Shown in pieces: positions 20,622-29,716 of a DNA stretch of 64,000 nt; the stretch's first letter is position 1, and each line of letters begins with the position of its first letter. The stretch is from positions 32,001 to 96,000 of the forward strand of contig JAWXAY010000100.1 of the NCBI GenBank assembly GCA_034439715.1, given 5' to 3'. Both the position numbers and the translations under genes were made by a program. The DNA comes from Pseudomonadota bacterium (lineage in GTDB: Bacteria; Bdellovibrionota; Bdellovibrionia; Bdellovibrionales; SG-bin7). The notes under the pieces were generated by a model. It searched no databases, had not been told where the DNA came from, and saw only the letters and a program-made list of their open reading frames with translations.

Positions 20622-20923
20622 GTAACCGTAAAATTTCTAGCGCAGCGTTTGCCTTTTTTTCTGTTTGTTTTTTCTTAGTGGCTATTTCCTTCTTAGAAGG
20701 CCTTTCAATTTCACCTTATAATTTCATTCCTATAGCGAGAAAATACCCCTGGGTTGCAAAAAGCTTGTTTTTACTCGTCGTATTTTGGTTGATTTATGCG
20801 GGATCTTTGACAACCGGAAAGTCATTTAGTTTAAAACGTAGCGCCAATCTCGTAATTATAAGTTCCTTAGTCACAGTTATTACACTATCGAGTTTCTATA
20901 TCGTTATATATTTTATCCATTGA
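20618..20923 (+). CDS. Small membrane hypothetical protein
   Basis: Three hydrophobic helices; GTGA overlap with the upstream gene. Confidence 0.6.
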   Translation: MSNRKISSAAFAFFSVCFFLVAISFLEGLSISPYNFIPIARKYPWVAKSLFLLVVFWLIYAGSLTTGKSFSLKRSANLVIISSLVTVITLSSFYIVIYFIH

Positions 20924-21003
20924 CAAAAGGCCAGCTCATTTAGCAATGGGTTTAGCCGTTAGTTGCGTAGACCGATTGAAAAAGAATCCCTAAGATTTAA
21001 TAC

Positions 21004-21882
21004 ATGCATAAACTAATATTAGTTTCACTGTTGTTGGCACTTTCAACTCAGTCACATTCCGCATATCAAGATTATGACGAAATTCTTTCAAAAATTGCAA
21101 TCTTGGAGACAAAGTCGACTCATTTAAAATCATTTAAGTTGGGCTCGTCCAATGCCGGAAAAGAAATTGTCGGTGTTACAGTTGGAGTGGGACCCGTCAA
21201 TCACATCTTGGTTTCAACTCATCACGGGAATGAATATGGTTCGGCAGAGGTCGCGATGGCATTTATTGAAGAAGTTTCAGTGCGTCCCCTCGATGGCATT
21301 ACGTTACACATTATTCCTGTTTTAAATATCGAAGGGTATAATGATCGCGAGCGGCTTGAGCGTGCAAAAGGAAAATATTATGATCCCAACCGAGACTATC
21401 CGGGGCCGTGCGGATCAGCGGGACCTTTTAATTTAAAATCCACTCAAGCGTTGGCTGATTATATTGCTGCAACCAATATCGTAGCAAGCGCAACACTTCA
21501 TACTTTCTACCCTGCTGTTGTTTATCCCTGGGGTTTTTCGACAAGGGATACGGCAACTCCTTATGACGAGTTATTTAAGTTTTTAGGAGGGCTGGCTACT
21601 GAGTGGAGCAAATATACTGTAGGAAACTCGACAGAGGTAATTTACCCGGCTAACGGAACTTACGAAGACTACGCATTTTGGAAACACGGAATATGGTCAT
21701 TATTGTTTGAGCTTGGTGGATCTCATTCACCCACCGAAAGAGAAATCGAAACTATGAGCAGCGAAAATGTGCCAGGACTCGTAAAATTTTTTGCAGGTTC
21801 ACCTAAAGAGCGCGCAACGGATCACAATTTCAAGGGTAAGTGCGATTCATCCTTAAATGTTTTAGATCGGCATGACGAGTAA
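21004..21882 (+). CDS. M14-family zinc carboxypeptidase, secreted
   Basis: Signal peptide; HGNE, N.EG, DPNRDY, LHT, FELG. Confidence 0.85.
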   Translation: MHKLILVSLLLALSTQSHSAYQDYDEILSKIAILETKSTHLKSFKLGSSNAGKEIVGVTVGVGPVNHILVSTHHGNEYGSAEVAMAFIEEVSVRPLDGITLHIIPVLNIEGYNDRERLERAKGKYYDPNRDYPGPCGSAGPFNLKSTQALADYIAATNIVASATLHTFYPAVVYPWGFSTRDTATPYDELFKFLGGLATEWSKYTVGNSTEVIYPANGTYEDYAFWKHGIWSLLFELGGSHSPTEREIETMSSENVPGLVKFFAGSPKERATDHNFKGKCDSSLNVLDRHDE

Positions 21883-22022
21883 TCACATCGTGACTAGATT
21901 AAAGATCTGAAAAAGTCTTAATGATGGACCAAAGTCCAAAACAGGATAGCATAATCACTTAGAGCGGCTCTCTCTGTCGTATATACTATGGTGTATAAAG
22001 AAAATTCATTAATTTTAGGATC

Positions 22023-22598
22023 TTGAGAAGTGATAAAGGGAAAGGCAAAAAATTGAAAACGATTTTTGTGATATTGGCATTGGGCTTTTCACAAAATACA
22101 TCAGCACAGTCAGCCAGCGGTGCCGGCTATTTTGGATTTGCATATGGGCTTAGCGTGCCAGATGCGCAAAACACTGTTGATCATAGGCTATCGGGCGTTA
22201 TTGGCGGCGGTAAAGTTTCAGAAACAACCTCTTTTGGAGGATATCATTTGGAATCCACTAGTGAGGATGGCCCAAATAGCACTAAATTTAATTATGGAAT
22301 TACGGGCCTTGAAGGCCGCTTAAACCTCACAACGGGTGAGAAGCAGGTTTACATTGGCATTCGCACGGGAGTCGCTAAAATAAATACCGCAATTAGTGGC
22401 AATACCGTTGTCTTTTCGCCCTATCATTGGGGAATTATGGGGGGCTACAGTTACAATATTTATTGGCGCCTTAACTTTGGCATAGAGGGCAGCTATATAG
22501 CTTTTGAACGGTCCCAAACTTCAAGTGCAGGCACCGAAGTAGAGCTTCAGCCTTTTCATATCATCAATTTTTTGGCCATGATGACGGTTGCTTTCTAA
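22023..22598 (+). CDS. Outer-membrane beta-barrel protein (8-stranded type)
   Basis: Signal peptide, alternating aromatic/Gly strands, C-terminal Phe; true start probably TTG ~22053. Confidence 0.7.
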   Translation: MRSDKGKGKKLKTIFVILALGFSQNTSAQSASGAGYFGFAYGLSVPDAQNTVDHRLSGVIGGGKVSETTSFGGYHLESTSEDGPNSTKFNYGITGLEGRLNLTTGEKQVYIGIRTGVAKINTAISGNTVVFSPYHWGIMGGYSYNIYWRLNFGIEGSYIAFERSQTSSAGTEVELQPFHIINFLAMMTVAF

Positions 22599-22675
22599 AA
22601 TTCCCTCCTGATAGTGAAAAATATACCTGGCCATTAATTACCTTTTATGCGTGGCGTAGAAAAACGTCGTTTGGT

Positions 22676-23722
22676 GTGGTAAAACGCCTGATGCAAATCG
22701 TATTTAAACTTTTGATATTTTTGGCGGCCTTAGGTTTTTACCAATTTGATGTCGTGTTCGCGCAGGAGGACCAGAAAGAACACCAGCTGGAAATTATTTC
22801 TGATGTTCCACCTAGTGTGGATCTTCAAGAGCAACCCGACCGGATTTCTCTAGAGGTCAAAATTAATGACCGTTCGGTTAAGCTACTTAAGAGTTCAATT
22901 CCAACGGAAGCCTTAGAAAGTTTTACCCTGCTCGGTATAGAATCGCAGACAGCTTTTTTGAGTCACCGAAAGGAAATTTTGGAACTCATGTCCAAAACCA
23001 TATATTACCCGGCTCTTGCTGCGGGTGTTGGGGTCGTCACCAAGAATAAAATTGTGAAATTTTTTAAATCCGGGCAGCCCCAAACAAGCTTGGCTAACTC
23101 CTCTGATGAAATAAGAATTTCTTTTTTGCAAATGGTAGAGTCAACACTCTGGAGTAATATCAAGCTAGTGCAAGACTCAAACGAATATGGCCTGCATTTG
23201 AACGTGGGATTAGTAGGGGTGATGGGCGCTTTCAACAAGGGTCGCGGTGGTGCCTTGGGGCTATTTATGAATTTTTCTTATAACAAAGAGCAGAGAGCCC
23301 TAGCTTTTGAAATTGGTTTTGAGCAAGAAAGCTATCATCGTTCGGTGCCTGGCGCGGTGAACTTTGCTTTGTTTTGGAAGGCTTATCCTTATCTCAGTTA
23401 TGTAGACAAAAATAAGTTTCATAGCAGATCAAACGGTTTATCTAACTATCCCCCTGGCATTTTGGGTTCAACGACAATCGACAATAAATTTTTTGGATTG
23501 GGCTATACCGACTCTCCTATAGGATTTCCAAGTATTTTTTCGGCATTTATGTACTACCAAAATAAAGTCACAAGAACAACCTTGGTTCGATTTTCACTCT
23601 CTCGCTCGGGTGTTTCAATGAACTCCGTAATTACTGAGGTCGTATTTGAAAAAATCGCTCAATTGAAGGATATATTTAAATTGAAAGCAAAGGCCCTGCC
23701 ATCCTGCCACGGAATCTTCTAA
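22676..23722 (+). CDS. Secreted hypothetical protein
   Basis: Signal peptide ending VFA; C-terminus SCHGIF. Confidence 0.65.
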   Translation: MVKRLMQIVFKLLIFLAALGFYQFDVVFAQEDQKEHQLEIISDVPPSVDLQEQPDRISLEVKINDRSVKLLKSSIPTEALESFTLLGIESQTAFLSHRKEILELMSKTIYYPALAAGVGVVTKNKIVKFFKSGQPQTSLANSSDEIRISFLQMVESTLWSNIKLVQDSNEYGLHLNVGLVGVMGAFNKGRGGALGLFMNFSYNKEQRALAFEIGFEQESYHRSVPGAVNFALFWKAYPYLSYVDKNKFHSRSNGLSNYPPGILGSTTIDNKFFGLGYTDSPIGFPSIFSAFMYYQNKVTRTTLVRFSLSRSGVSMNSVITEVVFEKIAQLKDIFKLKAKALPSCHGIF

Positions 23723-24153
23723 TTTCCTAACGTACAGAAAAAACTTCGACGTTTGAATTCTTTTTCTCCACCATCGTTATCATAAAAACCAAAAGATATT
23801 GGCGTGTGATCTTTGTCGATATTTAGGGTAGCCATTGCCTTAGTCGCGCCAATATCGGTGGAATCTGCTTGATTGGGTTTTATGGTACTTCCGGTATACA
23901 TTTCTGGCACAGATCTAAAAGCGGTGTTTAGCTGCTCTATTGGATGAGTGAGACTAAATAAATCCTGGCTATAACTGAAAGTAACTTTAATCTGATGATT
24001 TGTTAGTAGTGATTCTTTCTCATTTTTTACTTCAATGATATTGACCCAACAAGGACTTTGATAATTATCAATTCCGGATAGTTTTCCTGTTTGAATGGCG
24101 GCCACTGAGTACGAGCCGGATAAGATTAAAACACCAGTTAATATAAACTTCAT
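23719..24153 (-). CDS. Secreted hypothetical protein
   Basis: SD GAGG, signal peptide, two Cys near the termini. Confidence 0.65.
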   Translation of the reverse strand: MKFILTGVLILSGSYSVAAIQTGKLSGIDNYQSPCWVNIIEVKNEKESLLTNHQIKVTFSYSQDLFSLTHPIEQLNTAFRSVPEMYTGSTIKPNQADSTDIGATKAMATLNIDKDHTPISFGFYDNDGGEKEFKRRSFFCTLGN

Positions 24154-24368
24154 TAGTCACCTCTTGGTGGACAAATCTATTGCAGGATATATGCCTGATT
24201 TTGAGAGGTTGAATAGAGATGAAAATCTGTAATTCAAATATAACATTTAGGAGCGACAAAAATAGTCATCAGCGGTCAATTTGGGGTCGCTTAGGAGATT
24301 GCCTGGACTAAAGACTTTGACGCGGGCTGGCCGTTGTGATCAATGCTCCCAAATGTCATAATTAAAAA

Positions 24369-25523
24369 ATGTATCCCATTTATATGGACAACCATGCGAC
24401 CACGAGAGTTGATGAACGCGTTTTAGCAGTAATGTTGCCGTATTTTTGTGAACACTATGGGAACTCCTCACTAACTATGCATCGCTATGCTCGGCGAGCG
24501 GAGAGTGCGGTAGATGGCGCTCGTCTTCAAGTAGCAAAAATCATAGGTGCGACCAAAGACGAAATATTTTTTACTGGCACTGCAACCGAATCCATAAATC
24601 TGGCCATCAAAGGGGCTGCGTTTGCAAACAAAAATCATGGCGAGCACATCATTACCTCGATGGCCGAACACAAGGCCGTACTAAATTCTTGCCAAAGCTT
24701 GGAGAAGCAGGGTTTTAAGGTGACTTACCTCAAGCCTGAAAGCGATGGGAGGATTCTGCCCGAAAAAGTTTTTACAGCAATCACCGATAGAACCATATTA
24801 GTAACTTTGATGCTCGCGAACAATGAAAACGGTGTCATCCATGATGTAAAAACAATTGGCAAGGAACTTTCGAAAAGAAAAATTTTATTTCACATCGACG
24901 CCGTCCAAGGAGTAGGAAAAATTCCTTTTGATGTGACATCTAGCCACTCCGACTATGTATCCCTTTCTGCACACAAAATGTATGGCCCAAAGGGTGTTGC
25001 TGCCCTCTTTATTCGTAAAAATCCGAACACATTAATGGAGCCACTAACTGATGGTGGTGGCCAAGAGCAGGGAATACGATCTGGAACTCACAATGTTTCA
25101 GGAATCGTAGGGTTTGGGGAGGCCTGTCGTATTGCGCAGGAAGAAATGCCTGAGGAGAGTCAGCGACTGCTTAATCTTCGCGAATCGTTGCATCAAAAAA
25201 TAATTAGTCAGCTCGACGGTGTTTTTCTTAATGGCCCCCTGGAAAACCGGTTACCTGGAAATCTCAATATGAGTTTTGCCGAAATTGAAGGAGATGTACT
25301 TCTCGCATCTCTCATAGAAATCGCAGTGTCCTCAGGTTCCGCTTGCTCTGCAGGTAATCAAAACAGCTCTCACGTTTTACGTGCCCAAGGCGTTCCTGAC
25401 GATTTAGCTAAGGCCGCCATCCGCTTCGGGTTAGGTCGATATAACACTCAGGAGGAAGTCGACTTTGCCGCACAACTTGTTATACGCCATGTAAAGCGAC
25501 TGCGCCAATTTTCTGCTTTCTAA
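24369..25523 (+). CDS. Cysteine desulfurase (group I, IscS/NifS-like)
   Basis: YMDNHATT, EHKAV, SAHKMYGPKG (PLP Lys), RSGT, SSGSAC (persulfide Cys); lacks the IscS C-terminal tail. Confidence 0.94.
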   Translation: MYPIYMDNHATTRVDERVLAVMLPYFCEHYGNSSLTMHRYARRAESAVDGARLQVAKIIGATKDEIFFTGTATESINLAIKGAAFANKNHGEHIITSMAEHKAVLNSCQSLEKQGFKVTYLKPESDGRILPEKVFTAITDRTILVTLMLANNENGVIHDVKTIGKELSKRKILFHIDAVQGVGKIPFDVTSSHSDYVSLSAHKMYGPKGVAALFIRKNPNTLMEPLTDGGGQEQGIRSGTHNVSGIVGFGEACRIAQEEMPEESQRLLNLRESLHQKIISQLDGVFLNGPLENRLPGNLNMSFAEIEGDVLLASLIEIAVSSGSACSAGNQNSSHVLRAQGVPDDLAKAAIRFGLGRYNTQEEVDFAAQLVIRHVKRLRQFSAF

Positions 25524-26347
25524 AATTTTTCGATAACTGAGGCGTGTAGTTTCTTATTCTCACCGGACAGATTATGCACAAAATAAACGTCTTCCCCAAC
25601 TTGATAAGCTTTTGTCTGCACGTAACATTCATCAAATAGAAAGTAAGCTTTTTTAAGTTCGGCATTTATTTTCTTTAGGGGATGACTAAGGCCTTTAAGA
25701 AGAGAATCTCCTTTGTCAGTATTTGCTTGAACTAGATTTTCGCGTCCTCTTCCAACGATACCCATGAGCTCTACGAAACACCATTGATCAGCAACTTCGC
25801 AAAGGTGGCGGTGAATTGTAAGTGAAATATTCCCCTCAGCTAAGATCTCCCCCGACGTTTCAATTTCGCTGAGAAGCACAGGAACAACCCTATCTGGTGT
25901 GGTATCATCTATTTCATCTGGTCGAAGTTTTTTTAGTAAGGACCCCTCAACTTTGCCAGTAACCCCGGCTAAAGAGGCATCTAAGTGCGCAACTTTAAGT
26001 GCAAATAAAAGTATTTTAACTTTAGCAATTTGTTTTTCCGCAGTTCTGAACTCTATATTAAAATCTAAGAGTGTTCCATTTTTGCGAAGGGTGGCACCCT
26101 TAACTTCGACAGTAAAACCATCATCGTCAAAAAAATCAACTCGGTCTTGATAAGCTATATCGATACCAACGATTACCCAACTCAGCCCGTGATTTTTAAC
26201 TCCATCCCGAAAGCTAACAAAGTGTGTTCGCAGCCACCCCCACATAACATTAAAACTGACAGATAATAAGGAGCGCGATTGAAATTGATGGGGAGTGAAT
26301 TGGCTCGTATCAAATGGGTAGTCGACAGTATGTGAACGCGGCATCAA
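25520..26347 (-). CDS. Putative double hot-dog fold (thioesterase/acyltransferase-like) protein, divergent
   Basis: GLSWVIVGIDIAY...F.D...VEV in half 1 and KINAELKKAYFLFDECYVQT in half 2 resemble hot-dog strands. Confidence 0.5.
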   Translation of the reverse strand: MMPRSHTVDYPFDTSQFTPHQFQSRSLLSVSFNVMWGWLRTHFVSFRDGVKNHGLSWVIVGIDIAYQDRVDFFDDDGFTVEVKGATLRKNGTLLDFNIEFRTAEKQIAKVKILLFALKVAHLDASLAGVTGKVEGSLLKKLRPDEIDDTTPDRVVPVLLSEIETSGEILAEGNISLTIHRHLCEVADQWCFVELMGIVGRGRENLVQANTDKGDSLLKGLSHPLKKINAELKKAYFLFDECYVQTKAYQVGEDVYFVHNLSGENKKLHASVIEKF

Positions 26348-26350
26348 CGA

Positions 26351-26620
26351 TTATCCTCCTGCAATCGCTGTTAAAATTTCTAAACAGTCCGTTTCTTGCA
26401 ATTGGCGCTTCATATCTTCAGGTAGAAGTTGCTCACCATTTAAAAATAACTGGTGGGCACCTCTCACGCTGCCATGGGTATCATAGAGAATAGATTTTAA
26501 CGTCGGATAAGTTGTCGTCAAAGAATCGAGAGCCGCCGTGATGGTACGAGCTTCACCAATGATATGCTCCTTTTTATAACCTACAAATCGCAACAGAGTT
26601 CCTGAAAGTTTAACTATCAT
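26351..26620 (-). CDS. ThiS/MoaD-family ubiquitin-like sulfur carrier
   Basis: 89 aa, LFLNGE, free C-terminal AIAGG. Confidence 0.92.
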   Translation of the reverse strand: MIVKLSGTLLRFVGYKKEHIIGEARTITAALDSLTTTYPTLKSILYDTHGSVRGAHQLFLNGEQLLPEDMKRQLQETDCLEILTAIAGG

Positions 26621-27762
26621 GGTGCCTTCTTCCTGTGTTGTCTTTGTTCAAAATTATGTGTGGCCCACACGCCAAGATCGACTTCAATGGTATCTTGGGC
26701 TCCAACGGTAGGGATTAGACCCGTAAAATCTCGTTGAAATCTTCCATACTGTTGGTCCTGAATATAACCTTTGCCCCCTGCCAATCGAAATACCTGTAGC
26801 ATGAATTGGTTAGCTTGATCGACGATATGATATTTCGTAGCAGTCAAGAATGGATCCCAAAGGGGTTCAATATTTTTGTCTCTTAATTTTTCTAATGCAC
26901 GATAAAGCATGGCCCGGCTTGTCTCGATAGAAACATACATCTTTCCTAAGAGAGATTGGACATTTTGCATGACTGTTAGGGGCCGCTCATATCGGGTGGT
27001 GCCTATCAGATTATTCATCAGGTCGTCGTAGATCGACTGCATTTTTCCAACCAGGCCACAAATGACAGAGATTCTTCTTAGGTTTAAAAAACGCTGAACG
27101 TGGCTGAGTCCATCAGCTGGTGTTAATATTCGGTTGGCATCCAGTACTATGTTATTGAACTTGAGCCCCGCCAGACCTACAGAGCGAAGGCCACTCATTG
27201 TGGTGAGTGGAATAATTTCAAGCCCGTCATCATCGCGTTCAATAAGAAAGGTAAGAAGATCATTTTTTTCGTCTCGTACGTAAACCATAAAGAGATCGGC
27301 CTGCATTCCGCCCATGACATAAAATTTTTCGCCATTTATAATATATTTATCGCCTTTTTTTTCGCACGAGGAGCGAAAAGAGAAAGGATCAGCCCCCTCT
27401 GTATAAGCAAATGAAGCTAAGCACTTGCCATGAACTGCAGGACGCAAGTAGCGCTCAATCATCCAAGGCGTCGCTGTTTCTTGAATTGTATTGGCAACAG
27501 CTGGAAAAAGTGAACTGAGCATAACAAAGGAAAAATCGGTGCTGTGTTTTCCTAAATCTTCTAAGAGTAGCCCATAACTCAATGGATCCAGGCCACCTCC
27601 ACCAATATTTTTAGAAAGTGAAGCAGAAAATAGACCTAACTCTGCGGACTCGATAAATATATCTTTGGGGATGGGAGTTGCCAACTGATCTCGGGTAATA
27701 ACATGGCGATTAACTTGTTCATCAAGAAAAGATCTCATCTTGGGATTTAGAGCACTTTTCAT
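26617..27762 (-). CDS. Acyl-CoA dehydrogenase-fold flavoprotein, non-canonical
   Basis: GGGGLD, FAYTE, INGEKF, GLRS, R...Q.VQ, GGKGY, RF.RD; ATG 27762 (ORF extends to TTG 27804). Confidence 0.88.
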   Translation of the reverse strand: MKSALNPKMRSFLDEQVNRHVITRDQLATPIPKDIFIESAELGLFSASLSKNIGGGGLDPLSYGLLLEDLGKHSTDFSFVMLSSLFPAVANTIQETATPWMIERYLRPAVHGKCLASFAYTEGADPFSFRSSCEKKGDKYIINGEKFYVMGGMQADLFMVYVRDEKNDLLTFLIERDDDGLEIIPLTTMSGLRSVGLAGLKFNNIVLDANRILTPADGLSHVQRFLNLRRISVICGLVGKMQSIYDDLMNNLIGTTRYERPLTVMQNVQSLLGKMYVSIETSRAMLYRALEKLRDKNIEPLWDPFLTATKYHIVDQANQFMLQVFRLAGGKGYIQDQQYGRFQRDFTGLIPTVGAQDTIEVDLGVWATHNFEQRQHRKKAP

Positions 27763-27869
27763 ATGAAAATTTATCGGGAAAGAATCAGGGGAACGGTAGG
27801 CCAAATCTGATGCCCAACATCAATGGGAAAACTGTAAAGTTTTGGTTACTTATGACGATAGAACGGAGT

Positions 27870-29030
27870 ATGCCCAGACCTTTATCCAGCACAGCGTTAA
27901 AACTCTCAAAAGAAGAAGTGCGTCGTTACAGTCGACATCTCTTAATGCCCCAGGTGAAAATGGAAGGTCAGCTCAAACTAAAAGCGGCACGTGTATTGAT
28001 TATCGGCACGGGCGGTTTGGGTGCGCCGTTAGGGTTATATTTAGCTGCGGCTGGAATAGGAATGCTAGGCTTGGTTGATTTCGATGTGGTCGATGCTAGT
28101 AACCTCCAGCGACAAGTTATATTTACCAATGATGATATCGGTCGCCCCAAGGTAGAGGCGGCACGTGACCACCTTTCAAAACTAAATCATTACATAGAAA
28201 TCATGTCGTATAATGAACTCTTCACAAGTCAAAATGCCCTCCGTATTATGCAGGAATACGATGTGATCGTAGATGCGACTGATAATTTTCCGACAAGATA
28301 CTTAATTAACGATGCCTGTGTGTTTACGCAGAAGCCCTATGTTTATGGGAGTATTTTTCAACATGAAGGACAGGTCACGGTTTTTGCGAAAAGTGATGGT
28401 CCCTGTTACCGCTGTTTGTTTCCGGAACCACCGCCGCCGGGAATGGTACCCAGTTGTGCCGAGGGGGGAGTGCTGGGAGTTTTGCCAGGAATCATTGGTT
28501 CCCTTCAAGCCAATGAAGCTCTCAATTTAATTTTAAATATTGGTGAGGGCCTAGCGGGCAGGCTTGTGAGGTTTGATGCTATCAATGTTCGTTTCAAAGA
28601 ACTAAAAATTAAAAAAAACCCAAACTGTCCTGTCTGCGGAGCGAATCCTTCGATTACCAAGCTTATCGACTATGAAGAGTTTTGTGGATTGTCCGATAAA
28701 AATGCCACTCACGAAGGCCAAGAAATTGAACCTATCCTACTAAAGCAATGGTTAGACCGAAACGAACAGGTGTCCCTAGTCGATGTAAGGGAACCCGGCG
28801 AGTACGAAATTTGTAATTTGGGCGGACAACTAATACCTTTATATGAAATACCATTGCGGATGCACGAATTTGATTCGAGCCTGCGAATTGTTATTTTATG
28901 TAGTGGTGGCCAGCGGTCAGCCCGTGCCGTAGAGTTATTACGAAAATCTGGTTTTAAAAATGTTTGGAATTTAAAAGGTGGTTTGTTTGCGTGGAGTGAC
29001 CAGATTGACCCGACTTTTGTGAAATATTGA
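27870..29030 (+). CDS. moeZ: MoeZ/MoeB-type adenylyltransferase with C-terminal rhodanese domain
   Basis: RYSRH, GTGGLG, SNLQRQ, CYRC/CPVC Zn motifs, PSCAEGG, rhodanese loop CSGGQRS; likely ATG 27870. Confidence 0.93.
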   Translation: MPRPLSSTALKLSKEEVRRYSRHLLMPQVKMEGQLKLKAARVLIIGTGGLGAPLGLYLAAAGIGMLGLVDFDVVDASNLQRQVIFTNDDIGRPKVEAARDHLSKLNHYIEIMSYNELFTSQNALRIMQEYDVIVDATDNFPTRYLINDACVFTQKPYVYGSIFQHEGQVTVFAKSDGPCYRCLFPEPPPPGMVPSCAEGGVLGVLPGIIGSLQANEALNLILNIGEGLAGRLVRFDAINVRFKELKIKKNPNCPVCGANPSITKLIDYEEFCGLSDKNATHEGQEIEPILLKQWLDRNEQVSLVDVREPGEYEICNLGGQLIPLYEIPLRMHEFDSSLRIVILCSGGQRSARAVELLRKSGFKNVWNLKGGLFAWSDQIDPTFVKY

Positions 29031-29035
29031 TTTTA

Positions 29036-29716
29036 TTAGGGCTTACCCGAAAGCACTCTTGTGCCTAAAGGCTTTGACGAACCACCCTTTGGTTCACGAG
29101 TAATTAAGATCGAAGAAAGTTTTTTAGGATCTGATATTGGTAATTCCTCCAATTTGAAAACTTTTAATTCTGGAGAGTCGACAGAAAAACTCATTAGATT
29201 TAGATTTACGGAGCCCTGTTGAACCATCCATAGCTGATATTCCGAGGTGTCGGCGTTGGATTTAAGGCCCGATACCAACAGGCTCGCTGTCTTAAGGCCG
29301 GGTACCCAAAAAAATTTGCCATTAGCTTTAGATTCAGGGTCAGAAGTTATCAACGGTATAATTTTGAGTTTTGAAGAATCCAGAATTGCGGTGAGTTCGC
29401 TAAACTTTTTACTTAAAGTCTCGAGATTTTCAATTTTGACTTGATCTTGAGCGGATTTCTCACTCGCCGCTGCTATCTGTTGTTCCATCCCCTTGGATTT
29501 TTGCCCAATTTGATCCAACTCGGACTGCAGTTGGTCAACTTCACTTTTTCTATTTAAAAGTTCTGAGCTTAAGTTGCCCAGCTGATTCCTTAACTCTCGA
29601 GCGCCCGTCACATAGTGTAAAGCAACAAACAGACACACTATAGCCAAAAAGTATCCTATAAAAATGGGACTCATAAGGCCTTTTAGTTTTTCAAACTTCT
29701 TTACTATTTCGTTCAT
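29036..29716 (-). CDS. RskA-type anti-sigma-factor domain protein
   Basis: Single TM, coiled coil, YQLW and ITREPKGGSSKP motifs. Confidence 0.8.
   Translation of the reverse strand: MNEIVKKFEKLKGLMSPIFIGYFLAIVCLFVALHYVTGARELRNQLGNLSSELLNRKSEVDQLQSELDQIGQKSKGMEQQIAAASEKSAQDQVKIENLETLSKKFSELTAILDSSKLKIIPLITSDPESKANGKFFWVPGLKTASLLVSGLKSNADTSEYQLWMVQQGSVNLNLMSFSVDSPELKVFKLEELPISDPKKLSSILITREPKGGSSKPLGTRVLSGKP

Noticed and set aside
23696..23722. C-terminal C-x3-F ending (SCHGIF) as a possible sorting signal of secreted proteins
   Set aside because: Only one instance in this window; not enough to support a motif
26351..29030. MoaD + MoeB as ordinary molybdopterin or thiamine biosynthesis, possibly feeding xanthine dehydrogenase
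   Set aside because: No moaA/C/E, moeA, thiG or xdh in the window, and the carrier is embedded between ACAD and hot-dog genes; a role in trans cannot be excluded
26351..29030. Ubl + E1 as an antiphage ubiquitin-like conjugation system
   Set aside because: No E2 or JAB gene; the E1 has a rhodanese domain and a desulfurase is adjacent, which points to sulfur transfer
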